Positions 33,777 to 49,079 of a stretch of DNA of 64,000 nt are shown here, one piece after another; the stretch's first letter is position 1; each line of letters starts with the position of its first letter. Where the stretch lies: contig OZ024765.1 in the NCBI GenBank assembly GCA_964016885.1, positions 18,786,001-18,850,000 on the forward strand, read 5' to 3'. The DNA is from Eledone cirrhosa (Eukaryota). Both the position numbers and the translations under genes were made by a program. Below the pieces are notes generated by a model that ran no database searches, had not been told where the DNA came from, and was given only the letters and a program-made list of their open reading frames with translations.

Positions 33777-33869
33777 AAAAATATATATATATATATATCT
33801 GTGAATGTATGTAAATCGTGTATATGTATCTGTATGTGCATAAAATGTGTATATATAGACACATACGTA

Positions 33870-33935
<66 letters not shown>

Positions 33936-34192
33936 GTATAACATGTGTATATATAGAAACATATGTATATATAGAAACATATATAGAAACATATATATAT
34001 ATATATATATATATGTTTGTGTATGTGTATAAAATGTGTATATATATAGAGACATATGTAATGTATATATATATATATATATATGTGTGTGTGAGTATGT
34101 GTATAAAATCTGTATATATAGAAACATATGTAATGTGTATATATATATATATATGTATGTGTATAAAATGTGTATATATAGAAGCATATGTA

Positions 34193-34251
<59 letters not shown>

Positions 34252-35264
34252 TATGTATATGTTTAAAATTTGTATATATAGAAACATATGTAATGTATAT
34301 ATATATATATATATATGTATGTGTATAAAATGTGTATATATAGAAACATATGTAATGTATATATATATATATATATATATACACATTACATATGTTTCTA
34401 TATATACACATTTTATACACATACACGATTCAGATACATTTTAAACAACAAATCAACTTTTAACAAAATGGCCGCGAGAGACAGCTGGGTGATTTTCAAA
34501 TAAGAATACCATTTTAACTAGCTACATTCTCTGTGCTATCAAATCTATCAACATCTGTTTTCTTCAATCCGGGAAACTTGTATCTTTTTCGCTTCAACAT
34601 GCAATAAAAACTTACTTTTGTTGGGGTAGCCATTTTGAATTTTATTCACTGTTCCACATTGTCTAATTTTTTAAAAAGATTTATTTATTTATCTTGTTGG
34701 TAATGTGGATTATTATTCGAAAACTCACCAACAAAAAGAAACTCAGACGTACACACATGCTGACGCATGTACATTTATATATATATATATATATAAACGT
34801 TTGTATATGTATACTAAAGCCAAAACAATGCAGGTATGGACATAGAATAAAGAATGCAAATGCAAAAGATATTGTTGACAAAAGATATTGTTGACAATTA
34901 GTCTTTTACCTTAGATTTATTTAAATGTATATATATATATATATATATATAGTAATAATAATAAATGTGAAGACTAAAATCAAAAGAGGATAAGCATAAA
35001 TATATATCAGATATATAAGAACCGTAGAGCAAATATTTATTTAAGAATATCCAATTAAGGGTGAAAGCAGCGATTCTTTGCTTAAACTTTAATCTGTTAT
35101 TTTAATAAATAAATAAATATATATATATATATATATATGTATAATGTACTATATATTTATTGTATATATATTGTATATATATGTGTGTGTATACATATAT
35201 GTAATGTATTATATATATATATATATACATATATGTATTATATATATATATACATATATATATG

Positions 35265-35306
<42 letters not shown>

Positions 35307-35428
35307 CATATGTATATATATGTATATATATTGCATACATGTATATTATATATAGTATATACGTATGTATATATATATACATATATATTATATATAGTAT
35401 ATACATATGTATATATATATATATATTT

Positions 35429-35460
<32 letters not shown>

Positions 35461-35472
35461 ATATCTATATAT

Positions 35473-36285
35473 GTGATCTCGTTGATGATCATCCAGCTCT
35501 CCTTACATCCAGATCTGTCAACCGCTCTCTCCACACTTCTGATCTTCTCTATCAGTGCTCCTATCTGGCCTCAGTGTAAGCGGTACAGAGCTCTTCCCTC
35601 ATCACCTCCATAGTCTCCATCCTCTCCTCCGTAGGATCAGCATAGAATTGGTCCTTGGCAGCTTTAAGGTGTTCTCTGGCTGCACACACTTTAGGGTTTG
35701 CAGAGCTGACGTGCTTCCCTTTGTTCTTTTTCCTCGGCACCAGGGTTTCACTTGCTTCCGCCACTGCATTGGTGAAGTGCCCGTACCTCCTCGTCAAACT
35801 CCCCTCAGTCAATCCAATCTCTCTCTCCTCTGTCTCTCCACACAGAGCACTAAACCTGTTTCTCACTTCCACTGTGAACCTCTCCTGTAGCTTATCTTCC
35901 TTGAAAGCTCCCAGTCATAGATTGTTCTCCGGGCTGAGCCTTGCTCTTTCTTAAGCTCACGCGGACCTCGCTCATAACAAGCTGGTGGTCACTACCCAGT
36001 GTACTAAAATAGCTGTATGGTACCGTGTTCAGAACACTATTCCGCAATTTTTTCCTTACCAGAATGAAATTAATCTGGGACTTGGACAGTGCATATCTGA
36101 GATGTAGGTACACATCTTCTCCAGATTCTTCCTAAACCTTAGGTTGGTCGCCACCAAGTTCGCCTCCAGCAGGGTGTCTCTCAGTAGTCTTCCATTTCGG
36201 TTGGTGTTGTTATGGAAGTACCAGCAAGGATCTTCACTGCCCTCCTTACTCAGATGTGCATTGAAGTCCCCCAAAACTCAGAGCT
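35473..36285 (-). mobile_element. RTE-type LINE fragment: APE endonuclease C-half and linker, frameshifted
   Basis: GDFNAH, NRNG, SQINFILV, GSDH, NRFSAL and SWMIINEIT motifs. Confidence 0.85.
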
Positions 36286-36562
36286 GTATGGGAGCATCCC
36301 AAGAGTCAGCTCAAAAGGACACAGAGGAGACTGAGGTTAGCTGGGCATGCTCACCGACATCCAGTGTTGACATTGTACTCAGTACTCCTTTGGGAGCCGC
36401 TACATGGACACACTAGAAGAGGAAGACCAAGGTTAACGTATGTTGATGCCCTAAGGACAGACACTGGTCTGTTGGAGACGCAGGACATGGCAGCGATAAT
36501 GAGGGACAGAGACCGCTGGAGAGAACTCGTCCATGGTTCTCGGGAATTTTACCCCGCCTTAG
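36286..36562 (+). mobile_element. RTE-type LINE 3' end
   Basis: LAGHAHRH, VLLWEP.HG..RRGRPRLTYVD, MRDRDRWR; ends in (TA)n. Confidence 0.85.
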
Positions 36563-36858
36563 ATATATATATATATATATTATATATATATATATATTTA
36601 TATATTATATATATATATATATTTATATATTATATATATATATATTTATATATTATATATTTAATATATATATTATATATTTAATATATATATTATATAT
36701 TTTAATATATATTATATTAATATAATTATTATATATATATATATATATATATAGATATATATACATATATATATACATATATACATATATATATACATAT
36801 ATATATACATATATTATATATACATGTATATACATATATTATATATACATATATATAC

Positions 36859-36918
<60 letters not shown>

Positions 36919-36919
36919 T

Positions 36920-36958
<39 letters not shown>

Positions 36959-37049
36959 ATTTGCGTTTGTGTGTATACAATTTTGTGGAAGGGAAAAACA
37001 GCTATATAGTGCGCTGCGTACAGATTACAATAATAAGGATTATTTAGAG

Positions 37050-37088
<39 letters not shown>

Positions 37089-37383
37089 TAAAGAGTTAAT
37101 CAAGATTCAATGAGTACATCAAATAATAAGTTTTACAGTAGATTCGAAGCACTCTACAGCAAAAATATTTTCCAGAGTTATTAATATTAAAATACAAATA
37201 TTAATAAAAATAGATGGTCTTGTGATCAATTAACCCTTAAATATATCCCTTCTCCGCTGCTGTCAACACAACTTCCTCATACTTGACTCTCAACAAATGA
37301 ACCTAAATCCAAGAACATTTCGAAATACTACTACAGCAGAACATTACTTACCTCCTGTTATAATTGTTGTCAGCATGTTTTCT

Positions 37384-37446
<63 letters not shown>

Positions 37447-38166
37447 GGGTGAGAAGAATACTGCTGGTTGCACATGGATAACGTGTTATAAAATGAGTCC
37501 CTCATCAGTGATTTACCAAACGATCATGGGTATTTCATCGCATTAAAAATCATATACCTCAAGTTTGAGCGATAATAACTAAAATAAGTTATTAGGACAA
37601 TAGAAACGCGTAAAGCGAGTGAGACAAGTAAACAACACAGGGGGAAGCTAACCGAAGATGGAAATAAACACAAGCAACATAGTTATTCTTATATATATAT
37701 ATAAACTTGCCTATTATATTGCTACTCTGTTAATGTTGTCTTATAGATGTATGTTATTGATGATGAGAAAGCTAGACAACCCTTTCATCTAATATAGAAC
37801 ACATAAATATTGAACCTAACACCACATATATTACTATCCTCACTACAGTGATACATTTTTCTTCTGTCAGATAATAAATGATTCTTACGGCCACCAGACC
37901 TACATTGTTTAAAGACACCGGCTTATCTTTACACTATATATAATACACATCATGACAGCTTCTACATATCAATTGTATACATCTGCCTCATGTCAGCTAG
38001 TTTTACACGCTAAAATCGTAGATATACTATATTTCTCACCTAGATTGATGTGATTATTTCAAATAATTTATTGCTAGCATTGTTAGTATTGTTGTTATTG
38101 TTCTGATTGAATGCCATTACTACTATATATAGTAGCCATGCCTGTATATTCCTTTCATTCTCACAA

Positions 38167-38272
38167 GCTCCGATGAATTGACTGGTTATAACTTTGTATT
38201 GGTGATCGAATGACGTGAAAACAAACGGGTAGCGATCTCTAGACTTACCAGTTCAGAGAAACAATTGTCAGC
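38167..38272 (+). ncRNA. Hammerhead-like motif with extended stem II loop
   Basis: GCT-CCGATGA-..TGACTGGT...ACCAGTTCA..-GAAA-CAATTGTC|AGC; palindromic ACAATTGT stem III, GUC site, U4C. Confidence 0.5.
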
Positions 38273-38340
38273 AATGAGGTTAAAAACCTTTTTTGTATAG
38301 CAAACCGTGTCACTCTTCTTTCCTGATTTATATATATATA

Positions 38341-38495
38341 ACAAAGGAATTGTGGTGAGGAACCAGATGGACCATGGCGCACCAGAGTACTCAATCCTTA
38401 GGGTAGTAGAGTGGGTAATAGGAAAAGGTATGACCCCGACGGCAGAGCTCAAGCCGTTTCGACGGCTAATTCTGCCGTCGGAGTCATACCTTTTC

Positions 38496-38498
<3 letters not shown>
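38341..38498 (-). mobile_element. Hairpin-ended element, copy C
   Basis: Tail plus hairpin 38419-38498, flanked by (TA)n on both sides. Confidence 0.8.
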
Positions 38499-38530
<32 letters not shown>

Positions 38531-38861
38531 ATTTACTCAACATATAGGAGGCGTTATACATGCATGCATACATACATATACACGCACACACACACATACA
38601 CAAACAAACCGAGCATTATAATAAATGTTCGGTAAACCCATACGAACATATATATATATATATATGTGCATGTATGTATGTACCTACTACTGTACGTCTG
38701 TATACATATATGTATGTACGTATACATAATTACATTTAAGTATCAGCCGTACTGAGAGTGAGAAATGAAATTTCATTTTTTCCATTTATATATATATATA
38801 TATTTATATATAAATATAATCATTTGTTTCTTAAAATAATAATTAAATATAATTATTTGTA

Positions 38862-38940
38862 CACGCTCAGCTAGAGTTCGAACCGGTAACGATACCATCT
38901 GTTCTACAAGATCCCACCTTTACCAACTGAGCCAGTAGAA
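38862..38940 (-). pseudogene. tRNA-derived fragment (Tyr-like)
   Basis: TGGCTCAGTTGGTAAAG..CTTGTAGA..CCGGTTCGAACTC; acceptor stem not formed. Confidence 0.4.
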
Positions 38941-39014
38941 AATTCCTAGAAATGTCTGGTCTTGGGCTTAAATTAGAATTTAAAATTAGATTTCATTAAT
39001 TTTTCATTTGTTGA

Positions 39015-39202
39015 GGGCGGTGGATTTGCAGTATCGGTAGAGGGTCGGACGCCATGCTTACCAGCATAGTTACGTCCCTTTACGATCAGAGTTCAAATCC
39101 CGCCGAGGTTGACTTTGCCTTTCATCCTTACGGGGTCGATAAAATAAAGTACCAGTAATGCACTGGGTAATTGCTGGCATTGTGCCTAAAGTAGAAACAA
39201 TT
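39015..39202 (+). mobile_element. SINE family A, full length
   Basis: GGCGGTGGATTTGCAGTATCGG...GAGTTCAAATCCC...GTAGAAACAATT. Confidence 0.85.
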
Positions 39203-39529
39203 AATTTTTCATTTGTTAAAAATGTTTCGTCCTCTTTTTCAGGTTCAGCGCATGCGCATTTCATCCTGATTTTTACAGATGCGCATTAGATGTCCTTGCC
39301 CAATTAATCCCGGATCGATATTGTGTCTGTAACGACTCTGGTCACGAGGGACAATCACAGCTTCATGTAAGGTACTGTGTTGTTTAACAGATTTTTTTTT
39401 CCATACTAAATCGAAACAAACTGCCTTAGTTAATGTTAATGTTTATAGTTATTTTAATAAACCCCTTTCAGAATTCTCTGGAAGATGTGTAATATACTAG
39501 ACACCACTTTCACGTCGATAAAATCATAA

Positions 39530-39732
39530 TATAATTAATATATATATATGTATATAATATATATATATAATATATATGTAATACATGTGTATAATATATG
39601 TATATAATATATATAATATATATATATATATAATTTATATATATATTAAATAGATGTATTGTATATTATATATACATATATATTATATTTATATTACATT
39701 TATATATATATTATATTTATATATCTATATAC

Positions 39733-39785
<53 letters not shown>

Positions 39786-40084
39786 CTGAATATATATATA
39801 TATATATGTATAAATATATATATTATATATATGTATATTATATATATGTATATATATCATATATATATATCATATATATATATATATATCTGAATATATA
39901 TATATATATGTATAAATATATATATTATATATATGTATATTATATATATGTATATATATCATATATATATATCATATATATATATATATGTCATATATAT
40001 ATATATATCATATATATATATCATATATATATATATATATATATATGTATATTATATGTATGTATATTATATATATGTATATAT

Positions 40085-40121
<37 letters not shown>

Positions 40122-40675
40122 TTATATTATATATATATATATTATATAGATATATTATATTTATATATATGTATATATATATTATATATATGTATATATA
40201 TCATATATATATATATATAAATATATATATTATATATACACATATATATTATATATATATATATTTATATATATATTATATATATTTTATTTATATATGT
40301 ATTATATTTATATATATATTTTATTTATATATATATTATATTTATATATATATTTTATTTATATATATATTATATTTATATATATATTGTATTTATATAT
40401 ATATTATATTTATATATATATTTTATTTATATATATATTATATTTATATATATATTTTATTTATATATATATTATATTTATATATATATTTTATTTATAT
40501 ATATATATTATATTTATGTATATATCATATATATATATATATATATTTAATATATATATATATTATATATGTATATATTTATATATATATATTATATATG
40601 TATATATTCTATATATTATAATTATATATATATATATTTATATATTCATATATATATATATATACATATACTATG

Positions 40676-40706
<31 letters not shown>

Positions 40707-40742
40707 CTATGTATTATATATATATATATATACTATATATTA

Positions 40743-40774
<32 letters not shown>

Positions 40775-40926
40775 CTATATATTATATTTATATATATATA
40801 TATATAATATATATTATATTTATATATATATATATATATACTATATACTATATATTATATTTATATATATATATATATATATATACTATATATTATATTT
40901 ATATATATATATATATATATAATATG

Positions 40927-40980
<54 letters not shown>

Positions 40981-41323
40981 TATAATATGTATATATATAT
41001 ATTATATATAATATATATATATCTTTTAAATAATATATATATAAAATATATATATCTATTATATAATATATATATATATTATATATAATATAATATATAT
41101 ATATATCTTTTGTATAATATATATATATCTTTTATATATTTTATATATATATAATATATATATATATCTTTTGTATAATATATATATATCTTTTATATAT
41201 TTTATATATATATAATATATATATATCTTTTATATAATATATCTATATATTATATATAATATACAATATATATATATATCTTATATACAATATATATATA
41301 TATCTTATATATGATATATATAT

Positions 41324-41407
<84 letters not shown>

Positions 41408-41440
41408 TAAATATATATAATACTATATGTTTAATATATA
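39530..41440. repeat. Degenerate (TA)n field
   Basis: Directly visible. Confidence 0.95.
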
Positions 41441-41635
41441 TAAGTAGAAGTTGTATTTAACTTGTTGGAATTCCGACAAATATAAATGTGTATAACTGAT
41501 TTAGAGCACTCAACTTATTACTGGAGTAAATATTCCATGATATTAAATAAATGTAAACTATATTTATAAAACAATATTAATTTTATTATATATATTTTAA
41601 GAGCAAACAAGCCATCTTTGGTGTGCTTTCATCAG

Positions 41636-41801
41636 ATAACGAAGAAAATGTGGTAAGGAACCAGGTGGACCATAACGCACCAAAGTACTCAATATTTAGG
41701 GTAGTAGAGTGGTTAATAGGAACCAGTAAGACCCCGACGGCTGTCCAGAATTAGCCGTCGAGACGGCTTGAACTCGGCCGTCGGGTTCTTACTGGTTCCT
41801 A
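41636..41801 (-). mobile_element. Hairpin-ended element, copy D
   Basis: Tail plus hairpin 41717-41801 with variant arms. Confidence 0.8.
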
Positions 41802-41836
41802 TATATATATATATATATATCTATATATATAAATAT

Positions 41837-41898
<62 letters not shown>

Positions 41899-41916
41899 TT
41901 TATAATATATAAATAT

Positions 41917-41956
<40 letters not shown>

Positions 41957-42009
41957 GTATATATATATATAATATATATATATATTATATATATATATAT
42001 ATATATAAT

Positions 42010-42043
<34 letters not shown>

Positions 42044-43310
42044 ATATATATAATATATATATATAATATATATATATATATAATATATATATATATAATA
42101 TATATATATATAATATATATATATAATATATATATATATAATATATATATATATAATATATGTATATATAATATATATATATATATAATATATATATATA
42201 ATATATATATATAATATATATAATATATATATATATATAATATATATATATATATAATATATATATATATATAATATATATATATAATATATATATATAT
42301 ATAATATATATATATATAATTATAATATATATATATAATATATATATATATATAATATATATATATATAATTATAATATATATAATATATATATATAATT
42401 ATAATATATATATATAATATATATATATATATAATATATATATATAATTATAATATATATAATATATATATATATATAATTATAATATATATATATATAT
42501 ATATATATTTATAATATATATATATATATAATATATATATATATATATTTATAATATATATATATATATAATTATAATATATATATATAATATATATATA
42601 TATATAATTATAATATATATATATATATAATTATAATATATATATATATAATTATAATATATATATATATATATAATTATAATATATATATATATATATA
42701 ATTATAATATATATATATATATATATAATTATAATATATATATATATATATAATTATAATATATATATATATATATAATTATAATATATATATATATATA
42801 TAATTATAATATATATATATATATATAATTATAATATATATATATATATATAATTATAATATATATATATATATATAATTATAATATATATATATATATA
42901 TATAATTATAATATATATATATATATATAATTATAATATATATATATATATATAATTATAATATATATATATATATATAATTATAATATATATATATATA
43001 TATAATTATAATATATATATATATATATATATAATTATAATATATATATATATATATAATTATAATATATATATATATATATATATAATTATAATATATA
43101 TATATATATATAATTATAATATATATATATATATATATATAATTATAATATATATATATATATATAATTATAATATATATATATATATAATTATAATATA
43201 TATATATATAATATATATATATATATATAATTATAATATATATATATATATATAATTATAATATATATTATATATATAATTATAATATATATATATATAT
43301 ATAATATATA

Positions 43311-43350
<40 letters not shown>

Positions 43351-43372
43351 TATATATATATAATATATATTA
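41802..43372. repeat. Almost pure A/T satellite (TA)nATAATTATA
   Basis: Directly visible. Confidence 0.95.
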
Positions 43373-43375
43373 CAA

Positions 43376-43766
43376 TTGTTTAACCTCCGCGGATCTTCAG
43401 CACGGGACTATTTTTCTCGGTATATTATATATTATATTTCGTTTCTGAATTTGTTTAGCAAGATTCTTTATCTGAAATCATGTGTTGAAACCGATATTGT
43501 TATACTTTGGGAGGGTCATGTTGCCAATAAGGCAAAATGGAGTAGGACAGAACAAAGTAGAGACACAGAAACAAAGAAAGGAATCCCCAGTCACTGAAGA
43601 GGTCACAGAGTTTTTGACGAAAGAACTATGACAATATATAAACAACTATCTGGTTGTGGAACCAACCAACCAACCAGAAATTATAAATATATAATAAATT
43701 GAAGTGAAAGCAACAGGTGCGTGTGTTTCTTATTGGCAACATGACCCTCCCAAAGTATAACAATAT
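43376..43766. mobile_element. PLE-like fragment with perfect ~38-bp inverted repeat around a hammerhead
   Basis: TATTGTTATACTTTGGGAGGGTCATGTTGCCAATAAG (from 43495) and exact reverse complement (43730-43766). Confidence 0.7.
43590..43632 (+). ncRNA. Minimal type I hammerhead ribozyme, intact core
   Basis: GTCA-CTGAAGA-G-GTCA-loop-TGAC-GAAA-GAACTA|TGAC; CUA cleavage triplet. Confidence 0.65.
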
Positions 43767-43780
43767 ATATTATATATATT

Positions 43781-43879
43781 AGGTTAACTTTGCCTTTCAT
43801 TCTTACGGGGTCGTTAAAATAATGTACCAGTAATGCACTGGATAATTGCTGGCCTTGTGCCTAAAGTAGAAACAATTAT
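43781..43879 (+). mobile_element. SINE family A, 3' half
   Basis: AGGTTAACTTTGCCTTTCAT...GTAGAAACAATTA. Confidence 0.8.
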
Positions 43880-45341
43880 ATATTATTTATTATATATTAT
43901 ATATAATATTTATATATATTATATTATATATTTATATATATATATATACATTATATAGTATCTATATTATATATATATTATATATATAATATATAAATAT
44001 ATAATATATAATATATATATTATATATACATATATAATATATATATTATATATACATATATAATATATATATTATATATACATATATAATATATATATTA
44101 TATATACATATATAATATATATATTATATATACATATATAATATATATATTATATCTAATATATATAAATATATATATATATGATATATAAATATATCAT
44201 ATATATATATTATATATTATAAATATATATATGTATATATTATTTATATATTATATATATATAATATATACATATATAATATATATATATGTATATAATA
44301 TATATATCTCATAAATATACATTATATATAAATATATATTATATATGTATATATTATATATATGTATATATTATATATATGTATAAATTATATATGTATG
44401 TATATATTATATGTATATATTATATATATATTATATAAAATATAGATATTATATATTATATATAATATATAATATCTATATAATATATAATATATATATA
44501 ATAATACTCTATATAATATATATATAATAATACTCTATATTATATATATATTATATTTAGTATATATATTATATATAATATAGATATTATATATGTATAT
44601 ATTATATATATAGTATATAGAGTATATATATTATATATGATATAGATACTATAATTTATATATAATATAGCTACTATATATTATATATGTATTTATTATA
44701 TAAAATATATATATTATATATAATATATTATATATGTATATATAATATATATATTATATATTATATATAATATACATATATAATATTTAGATATTATATA
44801 TTATATATAATATAGATATTATATATGTATATATTATAATATATATATAATATCTATATAATATCTATATATATTATATATAATATATATGTTATGTATA
44901 TATTATTTAAATATTATATACGTATATATTATATACAATATTTATTATATATTATATATGTATATATTATATATATATTATATGTATATATTATATATAT
45001 ATATATATTATATCTATATATATATTATATATTATATATATATAATATATTCATATATTATATATGTATATATTATATATATATTATATATATATATATA
45101 TATATATTATATATTTTATATATATTTTATATATATATATATATATATATTATATATTTTATATATATATATTATATATTTTATATATATTTTATATATA
45201 TATATATTATATATTTTATATATATTTTATATATATATATATTATATATTTTATATATATTTTATATATATATTATATATATTTTATATATTTATATATA
45301 TATATATAAAATATATACATAATATATTTATATATATATAT

Positions 45342-45373
<32 letters not shown>

Positions 45374-45579
45374 ATATATATATATATATATTATATATAG
45401 ATTTATATATATATATATAAAATATATACATAATATATATATATATATATAAATAATATATATATATATATATATAAATATTATATATATATATATATTA
45501 TATATATACATATATATATATATATTATATATATACATATATATATATATATTATATATATACATATATATATATATAT

Positions 45580-45626
<47 letters not shown>

Positions 45627-45690
45627 CATATATATATATTATATACAATATACATATATATATATATATAATATACATATATATATAGTG
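43880..45690. repeat. Degenerate (TA)n field
   Basis: Directly visible. Confidence 0.95.
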
Positions 45691-46484
45691 AGACTGAGGG
45701 AGAGAGAGAGACTAGCTAGCCTATATATTCCATACACCAATATAACCATTTATCTTTCTCATTTTCGTTGACATTCTTTTTCATTCCTTCACTCGTTGCT
45801 CTCTTTCTTTTATTCATTGCTTTTTATTCTCCTGTTTATTTTCTTTTACAGATGTGTGACATCCTCGACCATAATCTATATTAGAACATAATCTACATTA
45901 TGGACCATAATCTACATTATTATAACATCTTCTTCCATATCCTACATCATTTCGTTTGATTCACCAAAGAGAATAATCGTGAAAATATTTCCACCTCAGA
46001 AATGCCAGACGATGAAGTAGATTCTGTAAAAACCTTCTGAGTTTCTTTTAATAAAATCTAATGAAAATCTATTATATATGTATTGAGTTCAGTTCTTTTG
46101 TACCTCTATTTTCTCTCTTTTTTGTTCTAGATGTTTTTGGTGGGGAAGGGTGTGCCACAACTGCGCATGCACAAAACCCTCTGTTGATGAGATAACAGTT
46201 TGATCTCCGATAAAAATAAACTGTTGAGCTTTCCTCCAGTAGAACGGTGAGATTGCACACGAGCGGATTCGCAGTCCGGGCGGCATGTTCACTGTCGGAA
46301 CAATGAAAAAAAAATAGGTTAAAGCCTCAAAACTTCTTCAGCGTTCCAACCATGAGCATTTCCAAACGAGGAGAGGTGGTCTTCATTGGAGCGCCAAAGC
46401 CGTTCTGATGGTAGGATGTGGCTAGAAATACATTGTGGAAATGCAAGAAAATCCCACAATAAAAAAAATATAACTACTGAATAA

Positions 46485-47002
46485 TAATTGTTTCTACTTT
46501 AGGCACAAAGCCATCAATTATCCAGTACATTACTGGTACTTTATTTTATCGACCCCGTAAGGATGAAAACTGAATAATAATAACAATTCTTTATATCGGC
46601 GCCAGTCCAGGAATCACCATGTCGCCTTAGTTGGAGAATTTCACACACAGACACATACAGTCATTAGGTAGGCCATATTTCAAGTTTGTGAACATTATTG
46701 CAGACAGAGTCATTGTGGGTTCAAATCAGCCCTAGAACAATGAGAAACAAACTTCAGATTTACTTTATCAAAGCACCAGAATGATTAAAGATAAGGTCGA
46801 CCCATTCTATTAATAATTGTTTCTACTTTTGGCTCAAGGCCAGCAAATTACCTATTGTATTACTGGTACTTTATTTTATCGACCCTGTAAGGATGAAAGG
46901 CAAAGTTATCATCGGCGGGATTTGAACTCAGAATGGTAAGGACCGTAACTCTATGCGTCAAAGCATGGCGTCTGACTCTCTACCGATAGTGCCAATCCAC
47001 CG
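46485..47002 (-). mobile_element. SINE family A copies (partial 46485-46569; near full 46814-47002)
   Basis: Reverse complement of the family consensus. Confidence 0.8.
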
Positions 47003-47010
47003 ACACATCA

Positions 47011-47361
47011 AAAGGCATGAACGTCATTACATCTATTTTTGTTTGGAAATAAAAAGTAGGTTTATAAATATTATTTTTCAGACTACTTTTGTATTTCTTT
47101 CGGTGGCCTATTGGTAGGTATTAGAGACGATGGAGATCCTGGTCTGGGGTTCGATCTCTTTGTATTACGTTTTTTTTTTTAAATAAAAAAATTAAAAATT
47201 TGATCAGACACACTGAGATCGAACCCCAGACTAGGTACTCCACTGGTTGTAATCCCTACCACTAGGCTACCGAAAGGGTTACGAAAATACATTGAAAATT
47301 AATATTTATAAACCTACTTTTTATTTGGAAGCAAACTAATTGTGGTGGCGTTCATGACTTT
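47011..47361. mobile_element. Palindromic element with ~150-bp arms, each carrying a tRNA-like head
   Basis: AATAAAAAGTAGGTTTATAAATATT/AATATTTATAAACCTACTTTTTATT; TTCGGT.GCCTA.TGGTAGG...GTCTGGGGTTCGATCTC on both strands. Confidence 0.7.
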
Positions 47362-47913
47362 CTCAGTATTATTAATGCTACAAAGGGGTCGACATTGGCT
47401 TTTACTTTTCTGGAACTTCAATACAATATAAAACACTTTTTTTTAAATCTATTCTAGGGTTTATTTGAACCCATGACCAGCTGATCTGTAGGCAGTGATG
47501 TTCTTCAACTGTCATACATGACAAATAAAGGCATAGATGTGTGTGTGTCTGTGTGTTAGATTTGATCTTAAATTAGTGTGCTCAGCAATAGCGAATTTTC
47601 AATTTTCCCACCACTCAAACCTTTCTATATATATATATAAATATATATATATACTTATGTGTTTGTGTGTGTAATTTGAAAGTACAACGAAGCTATATAC
47701 ACCCTGATTTGTTTGTTTACAATTACAGATTGAAACCCTGACTACATTTTAAAGTAACGATGACATAACAGTCCCTTGTTAATAAATAAATCTACTGAAA
47801 TTCTTGGTAGGGATTGAGCCCTGCCTCTTTATCTCACTGTTTATTCAGGAAAGAAAGGAACTCGGAAAATTTTAAGAAGAAGTAAGGTGTATATCCTGGG
47901 TTAGTACGTCTTT

Positions 47914-48024
47914 CCAATCAATGTGGACTATAAATAGCACGTGATGTTCCCTGTTGTCAGCTATTTACCATTCTTGTTCGACACACTGTCAGTAAGCTTT
48001 CTCCAGCCGTGAAAGGAGGTCGTG
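47914..48024 (+). promoter_or_regulatory. Candidate Pol II core promoter and short non-coding first exon (unit 1)
   Basis: TATAAATA 47929, TCAGCT with A 30 nt downstream, AG|GTCGTG at 48018; conserved in unit 2. Confidence 0.5.
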
Positions 48025-48476
48025 TTATTTATACCTCTCATATACCACATTTCTTTTATTTATTCATTAGATAACAATACACAAGAGAAAGAATGAATGC
48101 GACAATGTCAGATCTTGAAAAGTAACTTTTATTACATTAGAACATTTTGTGATACTAAGCATCGTATTTTTGTCTCGTTCATTCGGAGACAAGCTGAACA
48201 TTATAAGAAGGGCAAATGACTGCATCTTCAACGGCAATACAATCTACTGAAAATCGAAATGAGAAATTAATTGAAATAGAACACTTACGGAGACCTCAGA
48301 CAGGATTTTTAGCGATATAAATCCCACTTTATTTTGAAAAAAAAACATGTATTTGAGGAGAGTTAATATGCAGCTATATATACATATATATTTTATTATA
48401 TTCGGACAGTATATGTGTAAAACGTAAATATATTTTGACATCGAATTTTGAGGTAGAAAAGCGCCTCATATTTTTT

Positions 48477-48520
<44 letters not shown>

Positions 48521-49079
48521 TGACTTATATATACATATATAGTTTAATTCATTTTTCATACATCGAATGTATAAAATGCAAGATTTCGGCATCGAATTTT
48601 TAGGTAAAAAGGAGCTTCGTATACCCCTCACCGAAGAATTAGGAATATACATAAATTTGAATTTAAAGGTGGGTAAATAGGTTAAGGAAAAACAGACTGC
48701 AAATGAAATGATATACATAATAAAACATTCCTTTTCCTGACTAAATACAGAAAATTTTAAACGTTTAGTTAAATATGTGCGACAACATTTAAAATACCCC
48801 CGAAAAGACTAAGACAATATTGAAGGAATTCAGAGTAAAACAAAACATAAAACATGAGAATTATTGCGAAATATGTGAAGGAAGATTTAAAGTTTTGAAT
48901 CACACCATTAGAAGATTAATATTTAAATACTAGCACACTGTTCCATATGCCATATGCGTCTTGGAGGCGTTTTGGTTTTCAAAATTAGGGTACGTCCTCG
49001 AGGACGAAACCTCTTCGAAGCCGGGAAATACGGTAAGTTTAAAAAAAAGCTTGAAAATATTCCGATGCAAAAACCCCAA

